Shown here piece after piece: positions 1 to 9,132 of a DNA stretch of 64,000 nt. Position 1 is the first letter of the stretch; each line of letters begins with the position of its first letter. The translations under genes and the position numbers were made by a program. The DNA is from a virus: positions 32,001 through 96,000 of IMG/VR virus record IMGVR_UViG_3300025120_014919; one strand, written 5' to 3'. The notes below the pieces were generated by a model, which saw only the letters and a program-made list of their open reading frames with translations, was not told the origin of the DNA and made no database searches.

Positions 1-1
1 A

Positions 2-1630
2 CTAAAATATACAGAACTAATTAAGATGTTAGCTTACGTTGGCTTGACTACCTTCGAAGCTGCTATGGGATCCCTTTCGGTGATCAACGGTGCAACAGCT
101 GTTATATCAAGGAAGCGTGGTCAGTGTGTACCTTCGTTTATTAGGAATGCTGATACCGGTAAGAACCCTGGAGCATTTGTTGGAGAGCCTTTGAAAGGTT
201 TTCAAGAAAATATTATATCGTTTGATGCTAATTCTCTATACCCGAATGTGATGATATCTCTTAATATGTCTCCAGAAACGAAAGTGGGTAAAATTGAAGA
301 TAAAAATAATAATGAAATAGTCATACGACACGCAAATGGTAAAGTGTTTACTTTAACCCATGAAAAGTTTTTAAAGTTCTGTAAAAAGGAAGAGATAGCT
401 ATTAGTAAAGCTAACGTGTTATTTACACAAAGGTTTAAAGGTGTAATGCCTGAAATTTTAGATTATTATTATGATAAAAGAGTCGTTGTTAAAACTAAAC
501 TTGGTAAACTTAAAAGAGAATATTCAAAGAGTAAGGTTAAGAGTAAGGATCTTAAATTTGAAATCGATCAATTAGATGCTAAGCAATTATGTATTAAAGT
601 TTTAATTAATTCAATTTATGGTTATTTTGGTAATAAGCATGCACCTTTTGGGGATGATGATATTGCAGCTTCAATTACTTTAACCGGTCAGGCAGTTATT
701 AAACAATCTAACGAATTGCTTAAAAGGTACATTAAAGAAAAAGCTAATATTGAAGATGAAAAAACTCTTAATGATTGTATCATATATAATGATACTGATA
801 GTAGTTATATTTCAGTTAAACCTTTAGTTAAAGCAGGTCTAACTTTTACCGATGAAAATGGTAAATTAACTCAAGCATTTCATGATGAGGTACAAAATAT
901 TGAAGACTTTTTAAATGATGAAATTAAAGTATGGGGTGGTAAAAACTTAAATTCTAAAGACTGTAGATTTATCTTTAAACGTGAAGTAATTGCTGATACA
1001 GGTATATTCTTACAGAAGAAACGTTACGTTATGCATATTTTAGATGATGAGGGTATACCGATGGATAAGTATAAGTATACCGGGGTAGAAGTTGTAAGAA
1101 GTACAATGCCAGATGCTATTAAACCCCATGTTAAAGATATTATTGAAACGATGTTATCTACTCAAAGTCTTGCTGAAACGAATGCCGTGTTAGATAAAGT
1201 TTATAAAATATTCATTGACTTACCAGTTGAAGATATAACGTTTGTTTCCGGGTTAAAAGGTTATGAAAAATATGCTGGTCAATGTGATGATTGGAAGACT
1301 GCAAAAGGCATGCCTATCCACGTTAAAGCTGCTTATTATCATAATATGTTACTTAAAAAATTTAATATTGAAAAGGAATATGAAACTATTAGTTCTGGTG
1401 ATAAGGTTAGATACTTTTATTTACAGCAGCCTAACCCTTACAACCTACCAAGTTTAGCATACAAGTATTATTACCCGGAAGAGTTTAAAAAGATATTTCA
1501 CGTTGACTATGATAAAATGTTTGAAAAAAATCTTTATGCAGTTATTGAGAGATTTTATGATAATGTTAAATGGGCTATTCAAAAGCCTGGTAATGCGGTT
1601 CAAACAAACTTATTTGATCTTTTATGTTGA
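2..1630 (+). CDS. 43: Family B DNA polymerase (T4 gp43-like), 5'-truncated by window edge
   Basis: PolB motifs SFDANSLYP, KVLINSIYG, YNDTDS, KKRY; frame is open from base 2, so the real start lies upstream of the window. Confidence 0.96.
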   Translation, partial: LKYTELIKMLAYVGLTTFEAAMGSLSVINGATAVISRKRGQCVPSFIRNADTGKNPGAFVGEPLKGFQENIISFDANSLYPNVMISLNMSPETKVGKIEDKNNNEIVIRHANGKVFTLTHEKFLKFCKKEEIAISKANVLFTQRFKGVMPEILDYYYDKRVVVKTKLGKLKREYSKSKVKSKDLKFEIDQLDAKQLCIKVLINSIYGYFGNKHAPFGDDDIAASITLTGQAVIKQSNELLKRYIKEKANIEDEKTLNDCIIYNDTDSSYISVKPLVKAGLTFTDENGKLTQAFHDEVQNIEDFLNDEIKVWGGKNLNSKDCRFIFKREVIADTGIFLQKKRYVMHILDDEGIPMDKYKYTGVEVVRSTMPDAIKPHVKDIIETMLSTQSLAETNAVLDKVYKIFIDLPVEDITFVSGLKGYEKYAGQCDDWKTAKGMPIHVKAAYYHNMLLKKFNIEKEYETISSGDKVRYFYLQQPNPYNLPSLAYKYYYPEEFKKIFHVDYDKMFEKNLYAVIERFYDNVKWAIQKPGNAVQTNLFDLLC

Positions 1631-1654
1631 TTTATACGGTCATTAACTCATAAT
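1627..1654 (+). promoter_or_regulatory. Sigma70-like early/middle promoter
   Basis: TTGATT-N16-CATAAT, 5 nt before ATG 1660; same geometry as seven other sites. Confidence 0.6.
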
Positions 1655-1659
1655 AAGAT

Positions 1660-2085
1660 ATGAAAATATTAATTTTTGGGTTACCTGGAAGCGGGAAATC
1701 TACATTAGCTGAACAACTATGTAGACATTTAAATGGAGTATGGCTTAACGCTGATAAAATTCGTGAGGAATATAATGATTGGGACTTCTCAATGGATGGT
1801 AGAATTAGACAAGCAAACCGAATGAGATTTTTATCTGACGGAGTTGTAAAAGCTGGTAAAATTTCATTAGCTGATTTTGTTTGTCCGACTGAAAGAGCAC
1901 GTACTGAATTTGATGCTGATTTTACTATATGGATGCAAACAATAAAAGAAGGTCGATTTGAAGACACAAATAGAATATTTGAAATTCCTACTAGCTATGA
2001 TTATGTGGTTAAAGAGTGGTCAAAAGATACCCATGCAAAAATTGTACCTTTAATAAATGAATGGATAGAAAAAAATAATGTTTAA
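1660..2085 (+). CDS. Adenylylsulfate (APS) kinase-like P-loop kinase
   Basis: GLPGSGKSTLA P-loop, LNADKIR, DWDFSMDGRIRQA resemble the CysC family. Confidence 0.75.
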   Translation: MKILIFGLPGSGKSTLAEQLCRHLNGVWLNADKIREEYNDWDFSMDGRIRQANRMRFLSDGVVKAGKISLADFVCPTERARTEFDADFTIWMQTIKEGRFEDTNRIFEIPTSYDYVVKEWSKDTHAKIVPLINEWIEKNNV

Positions 2086-2449
2086 TAATCAAAAACCAAC
2101 AGTACAAATGTTAGGTAGGTGGCAACCTTGGCATAAAGGTCACACAGAATTATTTAAAAGAGCTTTGCAAAAAACTGGTCAAGTTGCTATAATGGTTAGG
2201 GATTTAGATGGAGAAGATAACCCATTCGACCATGCTAATGTATATGAAAATATTATTCAAGGTTTATCTAAAGAAGGCTTTACACATAAAAGAGAATATA
2301 CTATTATTACAGTACCAAATATAGTTGATATAAGCTATGGTAGAGGGGTAGGTTATACTTTTACTGAGCATGATTTAGGAAAAGATGTACATAACATTAG
2401 TGCTACGAAAATAAGAAAAAAATTAAGAGAAGAAGGTAAATTAAGTTGA
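2078..2449 (+). CDS. Small HxGH nucleotidyltransferase (cytidylyltransferase / ATP-sulfurylase-like fold)
   Basis: GRWQPWHKGH and C-terminal ISATKIR motifs; overlaps the kinase stop. Confidence 0.75.
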   Translation: MFNNQKPTVQMLGRWQPWHKGHTELFKRALQKTGQVAIMVRDLDGEDNPFDHANVYENIIQGLSKEGFTHKREYTIITVPNIVDISYGRGVGYTFTEHDLGKDVHNISATKIRKKLREEGKLS

Positions 2450-2473
2450 TTTACGTTTAACAGTTATTAAAAT
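2446..2473 (+). promoter_or_regulatory. Sigma70-like promoter
   Basis: TTGATT-N16-TAAAAT, 6 nt before ATG 2480. Confidence 0.6.
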
Positions 2474-2479
2474 ATATGT

Positions 2480-2860
2480 ATGTCAGATATAAATTATACT
2501 ACGTTCATCGATAATGCAGGCCGTGCCATTTTTGGAGCGGTAGAAGAAGAAACACAGGATACAATTAAGGTAAAAAACCCCGTAATGATTGCTGTTAACC
2601 AACAACAAAATGGTCAAATGGCGGTACAGCTATTTCCAATCTTTTTTCAAGAATTTGTTGTTGAAAGTGATAATACGAATCGTTCTAACTTCTTTACATA
2701 TACAAAGAATAATATTGCTTTAGGTTCAAATTTTGAAGTTGAACCTCGTATTGTAGATCAATACCAACGTATTGTTAATCCACAATTAGTTGCAGCTGAT
2801 AGCGGAGATTCTTCTGAGGAACCAGAAGTTATAAAGTTATTCGACGAAGAAGAAAAGTAA
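2480..2860 (+). CDS. Hypothetical protein
   Basis: 126-aa ORF with typical codon usage and its own promoter motif. Confidence 0.8.
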   Translation: MSDINYTTFIDNAGRAIFGAVEEETQDTIKVKNPVMIAVNQQQNGQMAVQLFPIFFQEFVVESDNTNRSNFFTYTKNNIALGSNFEVEPRIVDQYQRIVNPQLVAADSGDSSEEPEVIKLFDEEEK

Positions 2861-2881
2861 AAATATAAAAACCAAAAAAAT

Positions 2882-2915
2882 AACCTCTCATATATTTTGT
2901 TATATATGAGAGGTT
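2882..2915. terminator. Stem-loop, probable intrinsic terminator
   Basis: 14-bp inverted repeat AACCTCTCATATAT/ATATATGAGAGGTT with a 6-nt loop, preceded by an A-run. Confidence 0.6.
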
Positions 2916-2922
2916 CCTATGT

Positions 2923-3147
2923 ATGACGCCGCAAGAAATATTTGATTATAAATTAGGATGGAAATCTTATTCATTCTCTGTACCGTTTCATTCAGACTGG
3001 GAAATGGAGTATGTAGATTATTGCAAAAAAAATTTTAATAAATGGCAATGGGATACACTTAAGTGGTCAAATGTATATGAGCATACAATGCTATTTGAAA
3101 AAATAAAAGATGCTGATAAGTTTAAAGAATTTATTGATAAACGATAA
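2923..3147 (+). CDS. Hypothetical protein
   Basis: 74-aa aromatic-rich ORF filling the intergenic space. Confidence 0.65.
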   Translation: MTPQEIFDYKLGWKSYSFSVPFHSDWEMEYVDYCKKNFNKWQWDTLKWSNVYEHTMLFEKIKDADKFKEFIDKR

Positions 3148-3161
3148 TCATATACTATAAT
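3134..3161 (+). promoter_or_regulatory. Sigma70-like promoter
   Basis: TTGATA-N16-TATAAT, 7 nt before ATG 3169. Confidence 0.7.
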
Positions 3162-3168
3162 AGTATAT

Positions 3169-4269
3169 ATGAGTAAAGAAATTGATGATATTTTATCTGT
3201 AATTGATAAATCTAATCCATATGCATCTTTCTTAAATGAAAGTGCTATTAGTAATGTAGATGGTTGGTTAGATACTGGGTCGATGGTACTTAATGGTATT
3301 GTATCTGGTTCATTATTCGGTGGTATACCGAGAAATAGAATGACCTTATTGGCTGGTCCAAGTATGACCGGTAAGAGTTTTATTTTGCAGAAGATTCTAG
3401 CTAATGCTCAAAAGGAAGGTTTAATACCAGTTATATTTGATAGTGAAAATGCTATTGATAAAGATGGGGCTGAAGCTTTAGGTTTAGATGTTAGTAAAGT
3501 AAAATATGTACCTGTTTTCAGTATTGAAGAATGTCGTAATACTATTTTTGACTTCTTAACTAAAGTAAAGGAAAATGGTCAAGAAGGTAAATTTATTATA
3601 GCTATTGATTCATTAGGTAATATGGAAAGTCAATTGCAGATTAATCGTCAGACAAAGGGGAATGTTAGTGCTGATATGGGTAGTAGAGCTAAAGCTATGA
3701 AATCTTTATTACGTACTTTAACTCAATTATCAGGATTAACTAAAACTACTATTTTAGCTACTAATCATATCTATGAAGATCCAGCTGCATTATTTCCTTC
3801 TTTAGTTAAAGCAATGCCAGGTGGTACTGCTACTGTTTATTTACCTTCAGTTACTATTCAATTAGCTCGTAAGCCAGTTAAAGAAGATAAAAATACGGAT
3901 GGTAAGTTAGCTGTAGGTCAGAAGAATTATTCAGGTGTTATTCTTAGAGCATTAACGGTAAAAAATAGATTCGTTAAGCAATATTTACAAGGTGAAATGT
4001 ATCTATCTTTTGATAAAGGTTTAAACAAATATTATGGGTTATTAGATCTTGCAGTAGGTTTAGGAGCAGTAATACAAACTGGTTCTACTTATACATTACC
4101 AGATGGTAAGAAACTTGGTTATTATAGTAAATGGAAAGACGATACAGAATTGTGGGATAATACTATTATACCCGTAGTAGAAGAGAAAATTAAACAAGAA
4201 TGGAAGTATAGTAATAAATCTGATGAAGATGAAATTATACCAGACGAAGTAGTAGAAGAAGATGAATAA
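3169..4269 (+). CDS. uvsX: RecA-like recombinase UvsX
   Basis: DTGSMVLNGIVSG, Walker A GPSMTGKS, FDSENA, IDSLG, TNH, KNRF. Confidence 0.93.
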   Translation: MSKEIDDILSVIDKSNPYASFLNESAISNVDGWLDTGSMVLNGIVSGSLFGGIPRNRMTLLAGPSMTGKSFILQKILANAQKEGLIPVIFDSENAIDKDGAEALGLDVSKVKYVPVFSIEECRNTIFDFLTKVKENGQEGKFIIAIDSLGNMESQLQINRQTKGNVSADMGSRAKAMKSLLRTLTQLSGLTKTTILATNHIYEDPAALFPSLVKAMPGGTATVYLPSVTIQLARKPVKEDKNTDGKLAVGQKNYSGVILRALTVKNRFVKQYLQGEMYLSFDKGLNKYYGLLDLAVGLGAVIQTGSTYTLPDGKKLGYYSKWKDDTELWDNTIIPVVEEKIKQEWKYSNKSDEDEIIPDEVVEEDE

Positions 4270-4477
4270 AATTATAACAGCCCAATGGTGCGGGCCATGT
4301 AACGCATTAAAAGATGAAATAAAAAATGCTAAAATTGAAGTAGAGTATATCGATGCTGATGACAATATGGATTTTTGTAACAAGCTTGGTATTAAATCTA
4401 TACCAACTTTAATCACTAGTGAAAAAGAAATTATTACTTCTTATCCAGAGATTCTCAAAAAATTGAATATATTATAA
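4262..4477 (+). CDS. Thioredoxin/glutaredoxin-like protein
   Basis: WCGPC active site and cis-Pro SIPTL motif. Confidence 0.85.
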   Translation: MNKIITAQWCGPCNALKDEIKNAKIEVEYIDADDNMDFCNKLGIKSIPTLITSEKEIITSYPEILKKLNIL

Positions 4478-4481
4478 TAAT

Positions 4482-5231
4482 ATGGTTAAAAAGAATAAAA
4501 TAGTAATTACGCTTAGCGGTGGTATGGATTCATCTGTTTTACTTTATAAAGCAGCTGAACAATATAAAGAAGTACACACCGTAACTTTCAATTATGGTCA
4601 ACGTCATAGTAAAGAGTTAGAAGCAGCTGAAAAGCAATTAGTAAATGCTAAGCATGACTTCCCTAACGTTACATTTACCAATAAATTATTAGACGTTACT
4701 TATATTAAGGATATAGCTGATACATCTTCCCTTACTAATGATAATATAGATACACCTGATGTAAAAGATATAATGGGTGAGGCTCAACCTAAATCATATG
4801 TACCATTCCGTAATTTAATGTTTTTGAGCATATTATTATCATATGCAGAAAAAATGGAAGCCGATGAAGTATGGTACGGTGCAGCAGAAGCAGATAGTTT
4901 AGCAGGTTATTGGGATGGTTCAGTACAGTTTGTCGATAAGATGAATCAGATTTGCTTGCTAAACCGTGAAGTAGATGTTAGAGTAAGGGCTCCCCTACTA
5001 AAAATGAGTAAAAAAGAGATTATTTTGAATGGAGTAGAGATTGGAGTCAATTTTGCTGATACATATACTTGTTATTCTGGGGAATATCCATGCGATGCAA
5101 ATAGCGCAAGTAGTGCTCTAAGATTAAAAGGGTTTGTAGACGCGGGACTACAAGATCCATTACGTTATAAACAGCAAGATAAGTTAGATTCAGTTTATAG
5201 AGATAATAATTGTAAATCTATATTAGATTAA
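4482..5231 (+). CDS. queC: QueC-like (7-cyano-7-deazaguanine synthase family) PP-loop enzyme with degenerate Zn motif
   Basis: SGGMDSS PP-loop, FNYGQRH, YVPFRN, APLL..SK; C-terminal TCY..CDANSASS..R in place of CGxCxxC. Confidence 0.88.
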   Translation: MVKKNKIVITLSGGMDSSVLLYKAAEQYKEVHTVTFNYGQRHSKELEAAEKQLVNAKHDFPNVTFTNKLLDVTYIKDIADTSSLTNDNIDTPDVKDIMGEAQPKSYVPFRNLMFLSILLSYAEKMEADEVWYGAAEADSLAGYWDGSVQFVDKMNQICLLNREVDVRVRAPLLKMSKKEIILNGVEIGVNFADTYTCYSGEYPCDANSASSALRLKGFVDAGLQDPLRYKQQDKLDSVYRDNNCKSILD

Positions 5232-6535
5232 TAACCCCATCTATTCATTCTTTCTTGAGAATGAGCATTTTGCATTTTTTGTCTATGCTGTGTTACTAGT
5301 TGCCGGTTAACTTCTTGTTGTGACATTGCAACTTGCTCTTCTTCTTCTGATTCAGACTTCTTTTTTCTAAGCTTACCTGTTACTGGGCATCTTTCTTCTT
5401 CTTCATCGTCTAAAGGTTCCATTTCACCCATTGTATCATCAGGGGCTGCGTCAGCAGGTGCATATTGATCATTAGCATCTTCATCTTTAGGTTCAATATC
5501 ATCATCATAATGATCTGCAACTGCTCTTGCATGATCCTGACCTGCTCTTTCTCGTTCTTTCTTCATTTCATCCTTTTCTTCGTTTTCTTCATCGTCACCT
5601 CCAAATGCAGCTTCTGCACGAGCTTTTTCATAGTCAGAAAGTTTACCATCGTTATCTAGATCAGCTTTCTTAAGATCGATTTCATCTTCTGATTTAGCTT
5701 GTATATTTCTACCATAACGATCAAATTTACCTTCTTCCCCTTCTGGAAAATCAGCAACTAATTTTTCTCTTTGACCCATTTCTATTTCACCACCAAATTT
5801 ATCAACTTGTTCCGTTTCACTAGGCTTAACGATAACAACTGATACAACATCGTCTTGTGATATATCGTCTAAATTAATTTTTTGACCTTTAAAAGAATTA
5901 AGTGTAACTCTATATTTTAATCCATCACTTACTACTGTGTATAAATCATTTTCACCAACTCCACCCTCGGAGTTTAAAGTCGTATCACTACCAAGATTCA
6001 ATTGTAAGGTTTCAAAACCTGTATCACCTTTCTTAAGACCTGCTTTTGCTGCTCCTCTTTCTCTTGTTGTAATTTTGACATCTGGTCTAGAAGCTAATGG
6101 TTTTGAAACATTAGCCATAATATTAATAGCATTTTGAATATCATCATCAGATAAATTTTCTAAATCTAATTCAGGATTTTCTTTTTGTAAATATCTAATT
6201 ACCTTAGTAGCAAAATATCTAGGGGTCATTGTACCTTTAAGATCTCTAATATCTTCCATACCCATTAGTTTTGCTCTAAGAGGATCAACAATCTTTTTAC
6301 CCCTTGCTTCTTCAACAATATGGTGCTGCCGGTCAGCATGCCCGAAGTTTGTATCGTCCATATATGTCGATGTACTCTCAGCGATAATTTCTGTATTTGA
6401 ACTCGGTTCAGCTATTGAAGGGTCCGTTATTTTTTTATTCTTTACTTCTTGTACAATATCGAAGTCTAGGTTATCCATGTAACTTGATGTGTTCTCGACG
6501 ATAATTTTTTTATTTGACCAGTTATGTAAACTCAT
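5228..6535 (-). CDS. Acidic late protein, candidate internal head/core protein
   Basis: 435 aa, D/E-rich, N-terminal duplication, DLDNDGKLSDYE EF-hand-like loop; TAAATA 5 nt before ATG. Confidence 0.75.
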   Translation of the reverse strand: MSLHNWSNKKIIVENTSSYMDNLDFDIVQEVKNKKITDPSIAEPSSNTEIIAESTSTYMDDTNFGHADRQHHIVEEARGKKIVDPLRAKLMGMEDIRDLKGTMTPRYFATKVIRYLQKENPELDLENLSDDDIQNAINIMANVSKPLASRPDVKITTRERGAAKAGLKKGDTGFETLQLNLGSDTTLNSEGGVGENDLYTVVSDGLKYRVTLNSFKGQKINLDDISQDDVVSVVIVKPSETEQVDKFGGEIEMGQREKLVADFPEGEEGKFDRYGRNIQAKSEDEIDLKKADLDNDGKLSDYEKARAEAAFGGDDEENEEKDEMKKERERAGQDHARAVADHYDDDIEPKDEDANDQYAPADAAPDDTMGEMEPLDDEEEERCPVTGKLRKKKSESEEEEQVAMSQQEVNRQLVTQHRQKMQNAHSQERMNRWGY

Positions 6536-6540
6536 ATTAT

Positions 6541-6574
6541 TATTTATTGATCTTTTCCATTTTTATACTATAAT
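6541..6574. promoter_or_regulatory. Back-to-back divergent promoters (late on - strand, sigma70-like on + strand)
   Basis: TAAATA on - at 6541-6546; TTGATC-N16-TATAAT on + at 6547-6574. Confidence 0.7.
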
Positions 6575-6582
6575 ATAGTTAT

Positions 6583-7254
6583 ATGTGTGGTATATATTGT
6601 AGCAATGATTTGACTTCTTTCGAAGTTTTACAAGAAGCTAATAAAAAGCGGGGTAATTTTTCAACTGGCATATTTTATTGCTATAATAAAGCTAATTATA
6701 GAGTACTCAAGGAAAAGAATAATATAAACTGGAATAAAACTAAAATACCAAATCAAAAAGGGCATTTATATCTCGGCCATAACCAAGCCCCTACTGAAAC
6801 CGGTAGAGAATGGAATGAAGAAACGTCACACCCGTTTTGGGTTGGTGATTGGATAGTAGCTCATAATGGAGTGTTAACTAATTATGAGGAATTAATAGAT
6901 GAATATATACCAATGCATGATAACCCGGTAGATAGTAGCATAATACCAGCATTATTAGATGAATTTGAATATACACACGGTCCTTGTGAAGATGCTGAAA
7001 CTGAAGTACAAAATATATTATACACAATAGAAAAACTTAAAGGTACATTTGCTTTATGGATAGTGAACATAAAAACGATGAACATTTATATAGCAAGACA
7101 AGGTAGTACGTTGTTTTACAAAGACGCTAATATATCATCAATTAAGGGTCAAGGTTATAAAGAAGTATCACAAGGAGTACTTTACAACTATTCATATGAA
7201 GGTCTAACAGAGTTAGACGGATTTGTATATGACTCACCATTTTTAACATTATGA
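6583..7254 (+). CDS. Class II (Ntn) glutamine amidotransferase domain protein
   Basis: N-terminal MCGI nucleophile, RG, GHNQAPT, HPF, AHNGVLTN, VDS, GTFAL. Confidence 0.9.
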   Translation: MCGIYCSNDLTSFEVLQEANKKRGNFSTGIFYCYNKANYRVLKEKNNINWNKTKIPNQKGHLYLGHNQAPTETGREWNEETSHPFWVGDWIVAHNGVLTNYEELIDEYIPMHDNPVDSSIIPALLDEFEYTHGPCEDAETEVQNILYTIEKLKGTFALWIVNIKTMNIYIARQGSTLFYKDANISSIKGQGYKEVSQGVLYNYSYEGLTELDGFVYDSPFLTL

Positions 7255-7724
7255 ACATAAATTACGTAACAATTAACGAATGTAACGATTTAGATAAACT
7301 TAGATTTATTAAATTTATTTACGATAATACGGATTCATTTATATTGAATACGTTCGGCCATACTTGGTCAGGTAGAAACTGGTGGGAAAAATTTCCTATT
7401 GAAGTATGTGTAGACGATGCCGGCCAAGTTTTAGGTTTACATGCTTATACCACTAATGATAAGGCAAAAGGTACAATGAAAACATATTATATAGTTACCT
7501 CGAAGGAAGTAAGAGGTAAAGGTGTAGCAAAACTTTTAATTCTAAATGCAATTTACAAACATAAAGATAAAATTAAAAATTATTATGTTAATACAGATGT
7601 TAGAAGTAATGGTGTACAATTTTTTAAAAAATTATTAGGTGATAATTTTACTATTGAAAGTAACGATTTCAATTCCCAAGATATAATTTTTGAGGAACCT
7701 ATTTATAATATAATAGATGAGTAA
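7251..7724 (+). CDS. GNAT-family acetyltransferase
   Basis: Acetyl-CoA binding motif EVRGKGVAKLL; overlaps the upstream stop. Confidence 0.7.
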   Translation: MNINYVTINECNDLDKLRFIKFIYDNTDSFILNTFGHTWSGRNWWEKFPIEVCVDDAGQVLGLHAYTTNDKAKGTMKTYYIVTSKEVRGKGVAKLLILNAIYKHKDKIKNYYVNTDVRSNGVQFFKKLLGDNFTIESNDFNSQDIIFEEPIYNIIDE

Positions 7725-8055
7725 ACTGAAGACAACTGGTAAACCTCGTCAGTTTTCAACTGGCGCACAACGAGATAATGCTGATGGTAAATTGCGTATG
7801 AGTTTATTACCTCATAATGCTTTAAATGGAGTAATGATGAGATATTTACAAGGAGCTGATACATACGGTGAAAATAATTGGAAGAAGGGTATGAAACATT
7901 CAGTTTTATATGATAGTGCAATGAGACATTTAATGCAAGATTTTACAGGTGATGATAGTGAAGATCATTTAGGAGCTGCTTTATGGAATATTATGGGTAT
8001 GATGTGGAATAGAGATAATAATCTTCATATGGATGATAGAAAAGAATATGAGTAG
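7717..8055 (+). CDS. dATP/dGTP diphosphohydrolase N-terminal (DUF5664-like) protein
   Basis: FSTGAQRD..GKLRMSLLP, GADTYGENNWKKG, DSAMRHL, EDHLGAALWN. Confidence 0.82.
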   Translation: MSKLKTTGKPRQFSTGAQRDNADGKLRMSLLPHNALNGVMMRYLQGADTYGENNWKKGMKHSVLYDSAMRHLMQDFTGDDSEDHLGAALWNIMGMMWNRDNNLHMDDRKEYE

Positions 8056-8707
8056 ATTTAAAATATATACTGCTACTAAGGATAAAAAAGAAGATACCTT
8101 ACTATATAAATCCCTTAATAAAAAATATCGCGATTTATCTGTACATTATGAAGAAAAAAATACTAAAAGTTTGCAAAGTTGTTATAACAGCTTTTTGGAA
8201 GACGCTCGTAGTAATAACGTTGATATCTGTGTGTTTATCCATGACGACGTTTCTATTAATTGCGACGATTTGTTGCATAGGTTGGACGATTATGGAAAAA
8301 TGTATACAGTTTTTGGTCTCGCAGGGGCTAGTACATGCAAGGTTAAAGAACCTGCTTTATGGCATCTTATGTCAGAAAGAAAGGACCAAAGAGGAAATGT
8401 TGCTCACGGACATCCTGACCAATATCAGTACACTTCGTTTGGTCCTATTCCAGGCCGTGTTTTGGTTGTTGATGGGGTCTTTATCGGTATTAATGTACAA
8501 ACTTTACCTACTAATGTAAAGTTTGATGAATCTTACCCATCTAAGTTTCATTATTATGATTTAGATTTTAGTCTAGAATGCAATAAAAATAATGTAAAAA
8601 TAGGGGTAGTTGATATACCAATAATACATTCAAGTCCTGGTTTGACTAACCCTAATAAAGAATTTTATGAAGGGCAAAAATATTTTATAAACAAATGGAA
8701 ACGGTAG
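8033..8707 (+). CDS. GT-A fold glycosyltransferase-like protein
   Basis: YN..L, VFIHDDV (DxD-like), GLAG, VDGVFIG, FDE..FHYYDLDFSL; real start probably at the second Met (8048). Confidence 0.75.
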   Translation: MIEKNMSRFKIYTATKDKKEDTLLYKSLNKKYRDLSVHYEEKNTKSLQSCYNSFLEDARSNNVDICVFIHDDVSINCDDLLHRLDDYGKMYTVFGLAGASTCKVKEPALWHLMSERKDQRGNVAHGHPDQYQYTSFGPIPGRVLVVDGVFIGINVQTLPTNVKFDESYPSKFHYYDLDFSLECNKNNVKIGVVDIPIIHSSPGLTNPNKEFYEGQKYFINKWKR

Positions 8708-9132
8708 TATTGGTTACAGGTGGATTTGACCCACTGCATTCCGGTCATTTAGCATATCTTAAAGCAGCTCGTAGGCTGGGAGATAAACTAATTGTTGGGG
8801 TTAATTCTGATTCTTGGTTGGAACGAAAAAAAGGTAAAAACTTTTTACCGTTAGCTGAACGTTTTGAAATAGTATCTGCTTTAAAATATGCAGATAATTG
8901 TATACTGTTTAATGATGATGATAATACTGCTATAGAGGCTATTAGAAATGTTATGATGTTATTTCCTTTTGATCGAATTATATTTGCAAATGGAGGGGAT
9001 AGAAAACAAGGTAATGTACCGGAGGAAGACCCTAATTTATTTCCAGAAAGAGAAATAATTTTTCAGTATGGTGTAGGTGGAGCAGATAAAAAAAATAGTA
9101 GTAGTTGGATATTGCAAAGATGGGAAAAATAA
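8695..9132 (+). CDS. Cytidylyltransferase-family protein
   Basis: TGGFDPLHSGH, VGVNSD, FANGGDR, KNSSS. Confidence 0.88.
   Translation: METVVLVTGGFDPLHSGHLAYLKAARRLGDKLIVGVNSDSWLERKKGKNFLPLAERFEIVSALKYADNCILFNDDDNTAIEAIRNVMMLFPFDRIIFANGGDRKQGNVPEEDPNLFPEREIIFQYGVGGADKKNSSSWILQRWEK

Noticed and set aside
780-805. YNDTDS instead of YGDTDS in the polymerase as a sign of modified-base specificity
   Set aside because: The catalytic DTDS is intact and this position varies among phage PolB enzymes; not informative alone
8148-8519. 123-aa alternative-frame ORF inside the glycosyltransferase
   Set aside because: Fully nested, with no recognisable motif or start signal; likely a chance open frame
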